In this document: in pieces, positions 10,701 through 21,855 of the stretch
Layout of the letters: each line of letters opens with the position of its first letter
Position numbering within the stretch: the stretch's first letter is position 1
Assembly: GCF_004010195.1 (NCBI RefSeq)
Contig: NC_057720.1
Span: 25,833,208-25,881,203 of the forward strand
Reading direction: 5' to 3'
Length of the DNA stretch: 47,996 bases
From: Chiloscyllium plagiosum
Taxonomy: Eukaryota
Notes under the pieces: model-generated
Told to the model about the DNA's origin: nothing
Databases searched by the model: none
Seen by the model: the letters and a program-made list of their open reading frames with translations, nothing else
Made by a program: the position numbers and the translations under genes

Positions 10701-12833
10701 TTTTGACTGGAGCATGTAATCTGCTTTATAGTACTATGCCAGACCAAGAGATTTATGCTGTCTTTTTAACACCAGTGCTTCAGAATTCTTGGTGTGGATT
10801 CAATAAAATGTTGCATAAAGATAGTGAGAAATTGAAAAGCAGAAAAATCATCAGCATCAATTTTTACCTAAATGACACTGAGTAATCCAGCCAATTACAC
10901 CATCACACGGTTTTATTTTGTGTTGTTTTATTGCTTGATAGATCTATGCCTTGAAAGTATAGAATACAATTTATTCAGTAGCACATGGCTAGTCAGCACA
11001 ATTCACACTTTGATGGTGTTTCCCTGTTTCATGTGGTTTCATCTTCACAGTAACTCTGTTCATTTAAACTCAACTGTCCCCATGATCAATTTCAATATTC
11101 ACTTATACAGTCTGTAGCCTGCAACACAATACTAGCATTTGGCAGCTGAACATTTTGTAGAAGCGAAAAGGAAGACATTTACAAAATGCTGCAAAGTATA
11201 ATGCTTGCTTTGAATGTGTGCAGGAAAGTGGGTGTGTAAGTCAAAGTGTGCATAAACACATTTCATTTTCTCCTTCCTTCACCAACATAAGATGGCCGCT
11301 TCTGGTCCTTCTTCACGAAGGAGGTAGTGACAAAAACCAATAATACACCCTGCACCTTCCAGTTAGTTGTAAGAATGTCTGAACTGCTCCCCAAGGTAGG
11401 TTAATTTTCTGAGTGAATATGCAGTGGGTTTTGCTTGCAGGCAGGAGTGGAGTGGAATTTCAATATCCTGCCCCTGGTTGAAGCAGCTTTGCAAAATTGC
11501 ACAGAGATGCAAAGAGAAAAACTAAAAACAAACTGCATTTTCACTTTATGTCGTCAGTCTACCAAAGGAATCGATCAATGACACATTTTTCAATGCAGGT
11601 ACATCAGAGAGAAAAATAATCACACAAGCATATTAAGAAACAGTAAACCTTCAGTGCTGGACTGAATAAAGAATGACTGAAGATAAAATAGTAGATTCTA
11701 GTACAATCTCAAACTCAGCTGTATGCATGTAGGGTTGAATTTGTACATGCCTGTACAAACAACAGATTCTCCATTGAAATGCCAGGGTGCTTCTCTGTCG
11801 ATGACAGATAGGGTTAACAGTTGGGCAACTGTGAATAAATAACACCAGCTGTTCATTACACTTGCAATTGCTCAAAGATGTTTTATGACCTTTTCACTGG
11901 AACTAACTGTCCATCAACAATCCGAAAGGCGCAGCATCCTCTACAGTAATCTGCATGTGGAATCTGTGTGGATAGGGAAAGCAATCTTCCACCTCCTTAG
12001 CCGGAAAGCTTGAAGAATCCTTACTCAGACTTTGATCGCAACACGATTCAGTGTGAGCTCTGGTGGGGAGGGAGGGGCTACATGAAAGAAACGAGTCAAT
12101 AGATATGTAGCTAAAAAGGCGCAGCAGGTCAGACAGGATCTGAGGAGCAGGACTGGGGAGGGGGAGAGGAACCCAGAAGACTGTAGAGGGAGGGGGTTGG
12201 GGGTGGGGGAGGAAAGGGCAGTGGTTTGGTGATAGGTAGATGAAGGTAGGGGGTCATTGCGATTGGTCAGTGAGAAGGGTGGAGTGGATAGATGAGTAGC
12301 CAGATGGACAAGTCAAGTCAGGTCAGAGAGGTGAGGGGGACGAGGAGAGCTGGACATGGGATAAGGCTGGTGGAGGGATTTTGAAGCTGGAGAAGTCAAT
12401 ATGGAGGCCATTGGTCTGTTAGCTCCCCAGGCAAAGTATCAGGTGTTGTTCCAGACAGACAGTGGAGAAGGCCAAGGATGGGCATGTTGCCGGGGGAGTG
12501 GGATGGGGTATTAAAATGGATGCAACCGGTAGGTCAAGTTGGTTAATGCGGGCAGAGTGCAGATGCTGTGCATACCGGTCACCGAGTCTGTATTTGGTCT
12601 CCCTGATACAGAGGGGACCACATCGGGAGCAACGGATATCTGCAGATGCAGCTTCGGGGACTGGTTCACTGAGCAAGTGTGCTCTGCACACTCACCCAAC
12701 CTGACCTTCTGGTTGCATCCATTTTCATTCTGCCTCTCACTCCCCCAGCGACATGTCCATCCTTGGCCTCCTCCACCATCAAACTGAGGCCAAACAGAAA
12801 CTGAAGGAATAACAATGGCCTCAATATTGACTT

Positions 12834-13752
12834 GACGCTGACATTTTTTACGAACCCACCGACTCCCACAGCTACCTGGATTACACCTCTTCCCACCCTA
12901 TCTCTTGCAAAAATGCCATCCNNNNNNNNNNNNNNNNNNNNNNNNNNNNNNNNNNNNNNNNNNNNNNNNNNNNNNNNNNNNNNNNNNNNNNNNNNNNNNN
13001 NNNNNNNNNNNNNNNNNNNNNNNNNNNNNNNNNNNNNNNNNNNNNNNNNNNNNNNNNNNNNNNNNNNNNNNNNNNNNNNNNNNNNNNNNNNNNNNNNNNN
13101 NNNNNNNNNNNNNNNNNNNNNNNNNNNNNNNNNNNNNNNNNNNNNNNNNNNNNNNNNNNNNNNNNNNNNNNNNNNNNNNNNNNNNNNNNNNNNNNNNNNN
13201 NNNNNNNNNNNNNNNNNNNNNNNNNNNNNNNNNNNNNNNNNNNNNNNNNNNNNNNNNNNNNNNNNNNNNNNNNNNNNNNNNNNNNNNNNNNNNNNNNNNN
13301 NNNNNNNNNNNNNNNNNNNNNNNNNNNNNNNNNNNNNNNNNNNNNNNNNNNNNNNNNNNNNNNNNNNNNNNNNNNNNNNNNNNNNNNNNNNNNNNNNNNN
13401 NNNNNNNNNNNNNNNNNNNNNNNNNNNNNNNNNNNNNNNNNNNNNNNNNNNNNNNNNNNNNNNNNNNNNNNNNNNNNNNNNNNNNNNNNNNNNNNNNNNN
13501 NNNNNNNNNNNNNNNNNNNNNNNNNNNNNNNNNNNNNNNNNNNNNNNNNNNNNNNNNNNNNNNNNNNNNNNNNNNNNNNNNNATTGTACTCTATGCTACT
13601 TTCTCCCCACCCCCACTCTCCTCTAGCTTATCTCTCCATGCTTCAGGCTCTGCCTTTATTCCTGATGAAGGGCTTTTGCCCGAAATGTCGATTTTGCCAC
13701 TCGTCGGATGCTGCCTGAATTGCTGTGCTCTTCCAGCACCACTGATCCAGAA
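12834..13752 (+). mobile_element. Younger PLE fragment nested in a PLE, spanning the gap
   Basis: Starts in the RT thumb (DIFYEPTDSHSYLDYTSSHP); ends in pLTR with hammerhead core at 13662-13689; TSD tcaatattgactt at 12821 and 13753. Confidence 0.8.
12922..13582. other. Assembly gap (N run)
   Basis: Run of n characters. Confidence 1.
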
Positions 13753-16257
13753 TCAATATTGACTTCACCAGCTTCAAAATCATTCCACCCCCTCACCTCC
13801 CTGACTTGACCTGGCATGGGCACCTCCTTCAAGTCTCTGCCTCTCCCCAATGATTTTTTGCTCTCTTTTCCTGCAAGGAGAGAAAGCAGACGGCGGTTAG
13901 AGCATTAGAATTGGATTATGTTGACAGCAGGGAAGCTTTCTCACAATCACTCCCTACCCTTCCCCCAACCCCAGCCCCATCCTCCTCCCTCCCTTTACTT
14001 CTGGGCTCTCTTCTCCAGTCCTGAGGAATGCGTTCAGCCTGAAACATTGACTGTCCTGCTCCTCGGATGCTGTCTGACCTCTGTTTGTCCAGCCTCACAT
14101 CTATTTGACTTTGACTTCCAGCATCTGCAGTCCTTACTGTCTCCAAGCTTTGAGAGAAGGGAGTATTGGTCTTGGGACTCTGATATTCTGTGATATTGTG
14201 GAATTTTGACTTTACAGTGTGCACCTTTCACATAACGTTATCCTACATTTCATTAGAGAAGCCTGGCAGGGAATGCTGTCGAGTAGGATGGAGCCATAGT
14301 TAAGGAGACTACAGCTATTAGTGGAAGTTTGGGGATGGGTGTGTGATTCTGATCCATGATCCCAGGTTTCCAATCCTAGGAGGGGGTTCAGATCTCTGCC
14401 ACTGTGTCAGGTGGAGTACTGATCCTCAGGTGTAGAAAGAGTCTTTGGATAGGGCTGGGCTGGTTGGGGATGGGGAAAGCTTGGTGGGGAGGGTGAGTGT
14501 GAAACTAAGGGAGAAGTTAAACTTTAGAGGAGCAAAGTAAAACATTCCTGCTCCTTCTGGCCCACAGGCTGTTATAAATGCACTTAACATCCTCCTTAAA
14601 GCTTTCCTCACCTCTCTTGAATAGCAAAGGTTCTGAGGCCTGACAAACCAGGCCAGCTAGGGTTAAACATTTTAGATGATTAAATATGAGGCTACCAACC
14701 TCCTTTAAAATATTTCAGGGACAGACCTGCATTCTGGAATCAGACTTATTGTATGGCTCTGTAACTCCACTGTTAAATCCAGCTGTTGGTTCGAGAGGGC
14801 TGGCTGTAAAACCTTTAAAATGTAACATTTCACCTAAACTCACCTGGTTTAGGGATTTAAAATTAAACCCACACATTCTGAATGAGGAAATGTCAGTTGT
14901 CAATTGAATTAAACGTTAAATCACCGATAAAACTTGGGAATTAAGAGCGGAAAGATAGATGAGATAGAGATAAAATAAATGGAAATATGGAGTCCAAATG
15001 GAGCTGTATTTAGTTTTTAAGTGATTTAAAACTCTCCAACAGTAATTTACATCTGACAGATTGCAACTCCACAATTTTAAAAGTTAGCTTTTAGTGCCAG
15101 AGAGGTTACGGTGACATTCACTAAGACTTATTGTGCCATTTTAAGTGTACTTAGAGACAGAAATGAATACGTCTAACTGCTTCAGTGGGTTTAGTATCTC
15201 TGAGATATGTACAGGTACCTCATCACATTCTTTGTTTTGAACAGGGAGTTTGACAGCAAGATGCTGATATAACATAGTAACTTCCGAATTTCTACATTTA
15301 ACTGCACATGTGCAGGTTATACCTTTATATTGGATTTCAGCATGAATAATGATGAGCACTCTTAGCCTCCCCATTAGTTTTACCACCAAATCTGATTAGT
15401 AAGCCATTGATAGAATGCACAGGAACAGACTTGAAAACATACCACCATTCCAACTCATTACTTGCCAAAAATACTGGGTCTCATGACAGCAGCACAGACC
15501 CATTTCAGTCCTTTCTGGTGCTGGGTAATGAACCAGGCCAGGTGTTGATTTAGTGGTAATTGAGCACTTTGGAGAGTGTGACCATAATTCGCTTATGTTT
15601 AGTTTAACTATGGAAAGGGATAGGTACATGCCACAGGGCAAGAGTTATATATGGGGAAAAGGCAATTATAATGGGATTAGGCAAGACTTAGGATGCATAG
15701 AACAGGGTAGCAAAATGTAGGGGATGGGGGACAATCGAAATGCGGACCTGGTTTAAGGAACCATATTGCGTGTCCTTGATAGGTATGTCCTGTCAGGCAA
15801 GGAGGAAGTGATAAGTTAAGGGAACCAGTGGTTTACTAAAGAAATTGCATCTCTTATGAAGCAGAAGGAGGAGGCTTATGTGATGTTGAGACGATAGAGA
15901 GTTACAGATTAGCTAGGAAGGATTTAAAGAGAGAAGAGCAAGGAGAGGACATGAGCAGTCTTTAGCAAATAGAATAAAGGAGAACCCTAAAGCTTTCTAC
16001 AGGTATGTGAGGAATAAAAGGATAACTAGGGCAGTCAAAGACAGAATTGGGAAGTCATGTGTGGATTCTATGGAGATCAGAGAGTTGCTGAACAAATATT
16101 TCTTACCTGTTTTCACTCAGGAAAAGGAGAATATTGTAGAGGAGAAGAATGAGATGTGGGATATTAGACTAGAAAGGATCGAGGTTAGTAAGGAAGAGGT
16201 GTTACCAATTCTAGAAGGAGTGAAAGTAGACAAGTCCCCTGGGCCAGATGGGATTTA

Positions 16258-16411
16258 GAGCTGAAAATGTGTTGCTGGAAAAGCGCAGCAGGTCAGGCAG
16301 CATCCAAGGAACAGGAGAATCGACGTTTCGGGCATAAGCCCTTCTTCTAGAATTAGGAAAGTGTGTCCAGCAGCTCTGATCTCCAGCATCTGCAGTCCTC
16401 ACTTTCTCCTC
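16258..16411 (+). mobile_element. Short PLE insertion (inverted pLTR plus tail)
   Basis: Perfect 14-bp TSD ccagatgggattta (16244-16257 and 16412-16425) splitting the CR1 PDGIY codons. Confidence 0.92.
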
Positions 16412-17153
16412 CCAGATGGGATTTATCCAAGGATTTTCTGGGAAGCTAGGAAAGAGATGTTGGAGCCTTTGGCCTTGATATTTGAGTCGTCATTGTCTAC
16501 AGGTTTGGTACCAGAGGACTGGAGGATTGCAAATGTTGTGCTTTTGTTCAAGAAGGGCAGTAAAGATGACCCAGGTAATTATAGACCAGTGAGCCTTACA
16601 TCTGTTGTAGGAAAGATTTTGGAAAGGATTATAAGAGATAGGATTTATAATCATCTAGCAAGTAACAATTTGATTGCAGATAGTCAACATGGTTTTATCA
16701 AGGGCAGGTCATGTCTCACAAACCTCAGTTTTTTGAGAAGGTGACCAAGCAAATGGATGAGGGTAGGGCTGTTGATGTGATGTACATGGACTTCAGCATG
16801 ATAAGGTTCCACATGGTAGGCTATTGAAGAAATTGCAGAGGCATAGGGTTGAGGGTGATTTAGCAGTTTGGATAAGAATCTGGCTTTCTGTAAGAGGGCA
16901 GCGAGTGGTGCTTGATGAAAAATATTCATCCTGGAGTCCAGTTACTAGTGGTGTACCACAAGAATCTGTTTTGGGACCACTGCTGTTTGTCATTTTTATA
17001 AATGACTTGGACGCAGGCATATTTGGATGGGCCAATAAATTTGCAGATGACACTAAAGTTGGTGGAGTAGTGGACAGTGTGGAAGAATGTTGCAGATTGC
17101 AGGGGGACTTGGGTAAACTGCAGATTTGGGCTGAGAGGTGGCAAATGGAGTTC

Positions 17154-18658
17154 AACGCAGATAAATGTGAGGTGATTCACTTTGGTAAGAATAACAGGAG
17201 GACAGAATACTGGGCCAATGGAAAGATTCTTGGTAGTGTGGATGGGTAGAAGGATCTTGGTGTCCATGTACGTAAATCCCTGAAAGTTGCCACGCAGGTT
17301 GATAGTGTTGTTAAGAAGCCATATGGTGTGTTAAGTTTTACTGGTAGAGGGACTGAGTTCTGGAGCCATAATGTCATGCTGCAACCATAAAAAATGCCAA
17401 TGTGGCCACACTTGGAATATTGTATGCATCTCTGGTCACCCCATTACAGGAAGGCTGTGGAAGCATTGGAAAAGATGCAGAGGAGACTTACCACGATGTT
17501 ATTCAACCCATCTCGTCTCTCTTGACCTTGAAAGAGTTGACCAATTAAACGTCATATCCCAGTTTTTCTCCCATTAGATTGGGATATCTGGTCAGCATGG
17601 ATAAGTTGGACTGAAAGGTCTGTTTCCATGCTGTACATCTCTATGACTCCATGACTATGATGTTGCCTGGTCTGGAGGGAAGGTCTTATGAAGAAAGGCT
17701 GAGAGACTTGGGTCTATTCTCATTGGAGAGAAGGTGGCTAAGATGGGATTTGATAGAGACATACAAGGTGATGAGAGGATTAGACAGGGTGGACAGTGAG
17801 AGAGTTTTTTTTCCTAGGATGATGACGTCAGCTTCTACGAGGGGGCATAGCTATAAATTGAGGAGTGATAGATTTAAAACAGGTGTTAGAGGCAGGTTTT
17901 TTTTAACGCAGATAAATGTGAGGTGATTCACTTTGGTAAGAATAACAGGAGGACAGAATACTGGGCCAATGGAAAGATTCTTGGTAGTGTGGATGGGTAG
18001 AAGGATCTTGGTGTCCATGTACGTAAATCCCTGAAAGTTGCCACGCAGGTTGATAGTGTTGTTAAGAAGCCATATGGTGTGTTAAGTTTTACTGGTAGAG
18101 GGACTGAGTTCTGGAGCCATAATGTCATGCTGCAACCATAAAAAATGCCAATGTGGCCACACTTGGAATATTGTATGCATCTCTGGTCACCCCATTACAG
18201 GAAGGCTGTGGAAGCATTGGAAAAGATGCAGAGGAGACTTACCACGATGTTATTCAACCCATCTCGTCTCTCTTGACCTTGAAAGAGTTGACCAATTAAA
18301 CGTCATATCCCAGTTTTTCTCCCATTACATTGGGATATCTGGTCAGCATGGATGAGTTGGACTGAAGGGTCTGTTTCCATGCTGTACATCTCTATGACTC
18401 TATGACTCCATGACTATGATGTTGCCTGGTCTGAAGGGAAGGTCTTATGAGGAAAGGCTGAGAGACTTGGGTCTGTTCTCATTGGAGAGAAGGTGGCTAA
18501 GATGGGATTTGATAGAGACATACAAGATGATGAGAGGATTAGACAGGGTGGACAGTGACAGTTTTTTTCCTAGGATGATGACGTCAGCTTCTACGAGGGG
18601 GCATAGCTATAAATTGAGGAGTGATAGATTTAAAACAGGTGTTAGAGGCAGGTTTTTT
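17154..18658. repeat. Tandem duplication, unit about 751 bp
   Basis: 17154-17904 is repeated from 17905; the ORF track shows identical peptides offset by 751. Confidence 0.95.
17501..17658 (+). mobile_element. Short CR1 3'-end insertion within CR1 (second copy at about 18252-18417)
   Basis: ggatatctggtcagcatgg...ctgtttccatgctgtacatctctatgac tail, flanked by gatgtt on both sides. Confidence 0.75.
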
Positions 18659-18889
18659 ACTCAGAGAGTGGCAAGGGTGTGGAATGCCCTGCCTGCTAAT
18701 ATAGTTAACTCAGCCACATTAGGGAGATTTAAACAATCCTTGGAGAAGCACATGGATGATGTTGTGATTGTGTCGAGGGATGGGCTTAGATTAGGTCACA
18801 GGTCAATACAACATTGAGGCCTAATGGGCCTGTCCTGCACTGTATTGTTCTATGTTCTTTCATGGGCAATTAGTGATGGTCAATGAATA

Positions 18890-19062
18890 CAGAGGAACCT
18901 CGGTTATCCAGCATTCAATTAACTGAATTTTGATTTATCCAAACAAGGTGACAAGGTCCCAATGTGTGGCTAACTATGTTACCTGGCATCAATTATCTGG
19001 CATTTGATTAACCGAACAAAGTACTCCCTGCCAGTGTCTTTTGGATAATAGAGGTTCCCTTG
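18890..19062. mobile_element. Tc1/mariner-pogo (Tigger-like) MITE
   Basis: Left TIR CAGAGGAACCTCGGTTATCCA versus reverse-complemented right TIR CAAGGGAACCTCTATTATCCA (17/21 match); TA on both sides. Confidence 0.85.
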
Positions 19063-19396
19063 TACTGGCTTTACCATATCCAAAGAAGGAATTTCGAAAA
19101 TACTCCAAATAACAGGAAGTGGTTTAGCATTCCAAGGAACTGAAATAATAGGAATGGAAAACTGAAAGGAATAGAACAGGAAAAGGTTTGGTACGTTTTA
19201 ATTTTAAAAGATAGAGTAAGTGGGGAGAGGAGTTATTAAATCAGAAATGAGAATATGGTACTAAGAAAGAATTTCAACTTCTGAACTTCTGTATAACAAA
19301 CGAATGGACACGGTTTGATCCTTTGGATATGATTAAAATGTGAAATATTTGTTTAGAGGAGAAACAAACATTTTCAGCCAAGGCCAGGGTAGGTTG

Positions 19397-19490
19397 ATTC
19401 CTGCTGAAGAGCTGATGCTTGAAACGTTTACTCTCCTGCTCCCCGGATGCTGCCTGACTGGCTGTGCTTTTCCAGTACCACACCTTTTGA
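19397..19490 (+). mobile_element. Tail-less PLE pLTR fragment with degenerate hammerhead
   Basis: cctgctgaagagctgatgcttgaaacgttt...gctgcctgactggctgtgcttttccagtaccacac. Confidence 0.75.
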
Positions 19491-20045
19491 CCTAGTTTGA
19501 CTTCTGAGCTTGTGATAGGAAACTCAGCTAACTGCTGAGTTCCTACTGCTGTCCATTTCTCAACAGCTCCTGCTGGGAAAATATGAGTGGATGAGAAAAT
19601 GATTAGGTTGTGATGCCACCTTGGTAAACATCATGCCTGTTCAGTAAGTGATAGTGAACTCTAAGTTTGAATTTCTATTTATAAGAAACAAAGGTCCAAC
19701 CACTGACATAGTGGAGGCATTTGTTCCACTCATACAAGAGGCACATTTTTATTTCATTGTAAGTCTGCCATGATGGATTTTAGATTAAATGGCTGATTCT
19801 GGTATAATGTGGGCAACCAGTGTTTCCATTACAAAATTCAAGGTCTGGCCCACTTCTCACAATGCCAAGAGCAGAGGAGGACTAGCTGATTTGTTAGTTA
19901 CTCTCTGGGATATAGAGTTAAGTAGAATCTTATCATGTCCCTAAACAATTACAAAACACTTTATAACCTACCAGTTACTTTGTGAACTGTTTCACCATTG
20001 ATGTTGCTGCAAATTGGATAGCCGCATTTCATGTGAAAAATCCTT

Positions 20046-20755
20046 TTAGAGTCATAGAGGTATACAGCGCAGAAACAGTTTCTTTAGTCCAACTTGTTCA
20101 TGCTGACCAGATACCCTAAATAAGTCCAGTCCCATTTGCCAGCACTTGGCCCATAACCCTCTAAACCCTTCCTATTTATATGCCCATTCGGATGCCTTTT
20201 AAATGTTGTAATTGTATCAGTTTCCTCCACTTCCTCTGGTCTCTTTTAAATCCTTCCCCATTACCCTAAATCTATGCTATCTAATGTTGGACTCCCCCAC
20301 ACTGGGGAAAATACCTTGGCTATTCACCCTATCTATGCCTCTCCTGATTTTATAAATTTCTGTAAGGTCACCCCTTCAAACATTTTCAGGGGAAATTAGC
20401 CCTATTGCGCCTCTCCCTATAGCTCAAATCCTCCAACCATGGCAAAATCCTTGTAAATCTTTTCTGAACCCTTTCAGGTTTCACCACATCCTTCCTATAG
20501 TGGGAAGACCAGAATCGCACACAATATTCCAAAGGTGACCTAACCAATGTCCTATACAACTGTAACATGACCTCCCAATTCCTATACTCAATGCACTACG
20601 GTTAAGTGTTAAAGTCCTATCCTGACTTGCTCTACCAAAATGTGGCACCTAATACTTATCTAGATTAAACTCCATCTGCCACTCCCCAGCCCATTGGATC
20701 AAGGTCCCATTGTATTCTGAGCTAATCTCCTTTGCTGTCATTACACCATCAATTA
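20046..20755 (-). mobile_element. CR1 LINE 3' fragment
   Basis: LYRTLVRSPLEYCVRFWS...ERVQKRFTRILP; 3' UTR at 20046-20140. Confidence 0.9.
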
Positions 20756-21303
20756 ATTAAATACATCCAATAAAAGAAACAATTAAAACAATGCACGCTG
20801 CAAAATTATCTTTCAACATGGGCTAACATCATTAACTCTCAGAGACTGTGTGGAACAGAAAGTGGAACTTATAATTTTAATTTCTTGTAGCTGTTCCAGT
20901 TGTTGAACCATTGCATTTAATTGTAATGGAATAAACAGTTGGGTTAAGTGCATGATTCAACAATGAAAACAACTATAAGAAATCAAAATTATGAGCTTAT
21001 TTTTCAGATCCTAGATGTACGAATGAGACCCTCCCCCCGCACCTCCCCCACCCTGGTTATTATGGCTCTGAGAACTCCCATTTTCTTCCAGTTGCCTAAG
21101 CCCCGCACTCTGGAATGTTTTCCTGAACACTTCCTCCTTCACCATGTTCTTTAAAATCTATCCCTGATCAAGCTTTTGCCCATCTGCCCAAACAGCTCCT
21201 TACGTGGCTTGGTGTCAAAGTTTGTTTCATAATGCTCCCGTGAAGGGGGTGACAGGACCTTAACCCAATCATATGGAGAACAAAATGATGCAGATACTGG
21301 AAG

Positions 21304-21499
21304 TTGCCAGCACTTGGCCCACAACCCTCGAAACCCTTCCTATTTATATGCCCATTCAGATGCCTTTTAAATGTTGTAATTGTATCAGCCTCCACCACTT
21401 CCTCTGGTCTCTTTTAAATCCTTCCCCATTACCCTAAAACTATGCTATCTAATGTTGGACTCCCCCACACTGGGGAAAATACCTTGGCTATTCACCCTA
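21304..21499 (-). repeat. Local copy of CR1 segment 20136-20331
   Basis: Near-identical over 196 bp, including a shared internal deletion. Confidence 0.85.
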
Positions 21500-21679
21500 A
21501 GTTTGTAATTAAATAAGAGCAGATACACACAAGCTTTGTTGCTGTGTTTTTAGCCAGTTACATAAGGGACAGTAGAAGTAGGTCACTCGGGTTTGGATTG
21601 ACTGACTCCAATCCTGTCAAACAAACAATCGGATCCTGGCCTCCCCCAAGAGCTGGGAGACCACTGTCCTTCCCCATGA

Positions 21680-21855
21680 AGCCACTATAGGAGCAGGCTT
21701 CCCCTTACTCAGAGACAGAGTGAGTCAGTCCATCACAGGGCAGGCCTCCCCCTGCTCCCACTCCCCTTATCCAGAGACAATGAGTGAGTGAGTGAATGAG
21801 TCCACTACAGGAGCAGGCCTCACCCTACTCCTGCTCCCCTTACCCAGAGACAGTG
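21680..21855. repeat. Imperfect tandem repeat, 3 units of about 50-75 bp
   Basis: The motif ccactacaggagcaggcctc...ccccttacccagagaca(gtgagt) recurs three times. Confidence 0.7.

Larger units (their letters stand above)
12113..14145. mobile_element. Older PLE with inverted build: minus-strand GIY-YIG end at 12113-12650, plus-strand end to the tail at 14145, interrupted by a younger PLE
   Basis: IRCSRCGPLCIRETKYRLGDRYAQH (GIY-YIG) on the minus strand, a mirrored copy from about 12650, and tail ccagcatctgcagtccttactgtctcc. Confidence 0.8.
15505..18857 (+). mobile_element. CR1 LINE ORF2, decayed, 5'-truncated, with nested insertions and a 751-bp duplication
   Basis: KSPGPDGIYPRI, VPEDWRIANVV, NYRPVSLTSVVGK, GVPQESVLGPLLF, FADDTK, then the 3' UTR ending tgttctatgttc. 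Confidence 0.95.

Noticed and set aside
11598..12070. Host coding exon
   Set aside because: The frames inspected close quickly and no peptide is recognisable.
12832..13762. Two long ORFs (264 and 285 aa)
   Set aside because: Artefacts of translating the N gap.
14250..15400. Non-autonomous DNA transposon
   Set aside because: Repeat-like by feel, but no TIRs or TSD could be demonstrated.
16322..16350. Functional minus-strand hammerhead
   Set aside because: The CUGANGA box is disrupted (CUAGAAGA).
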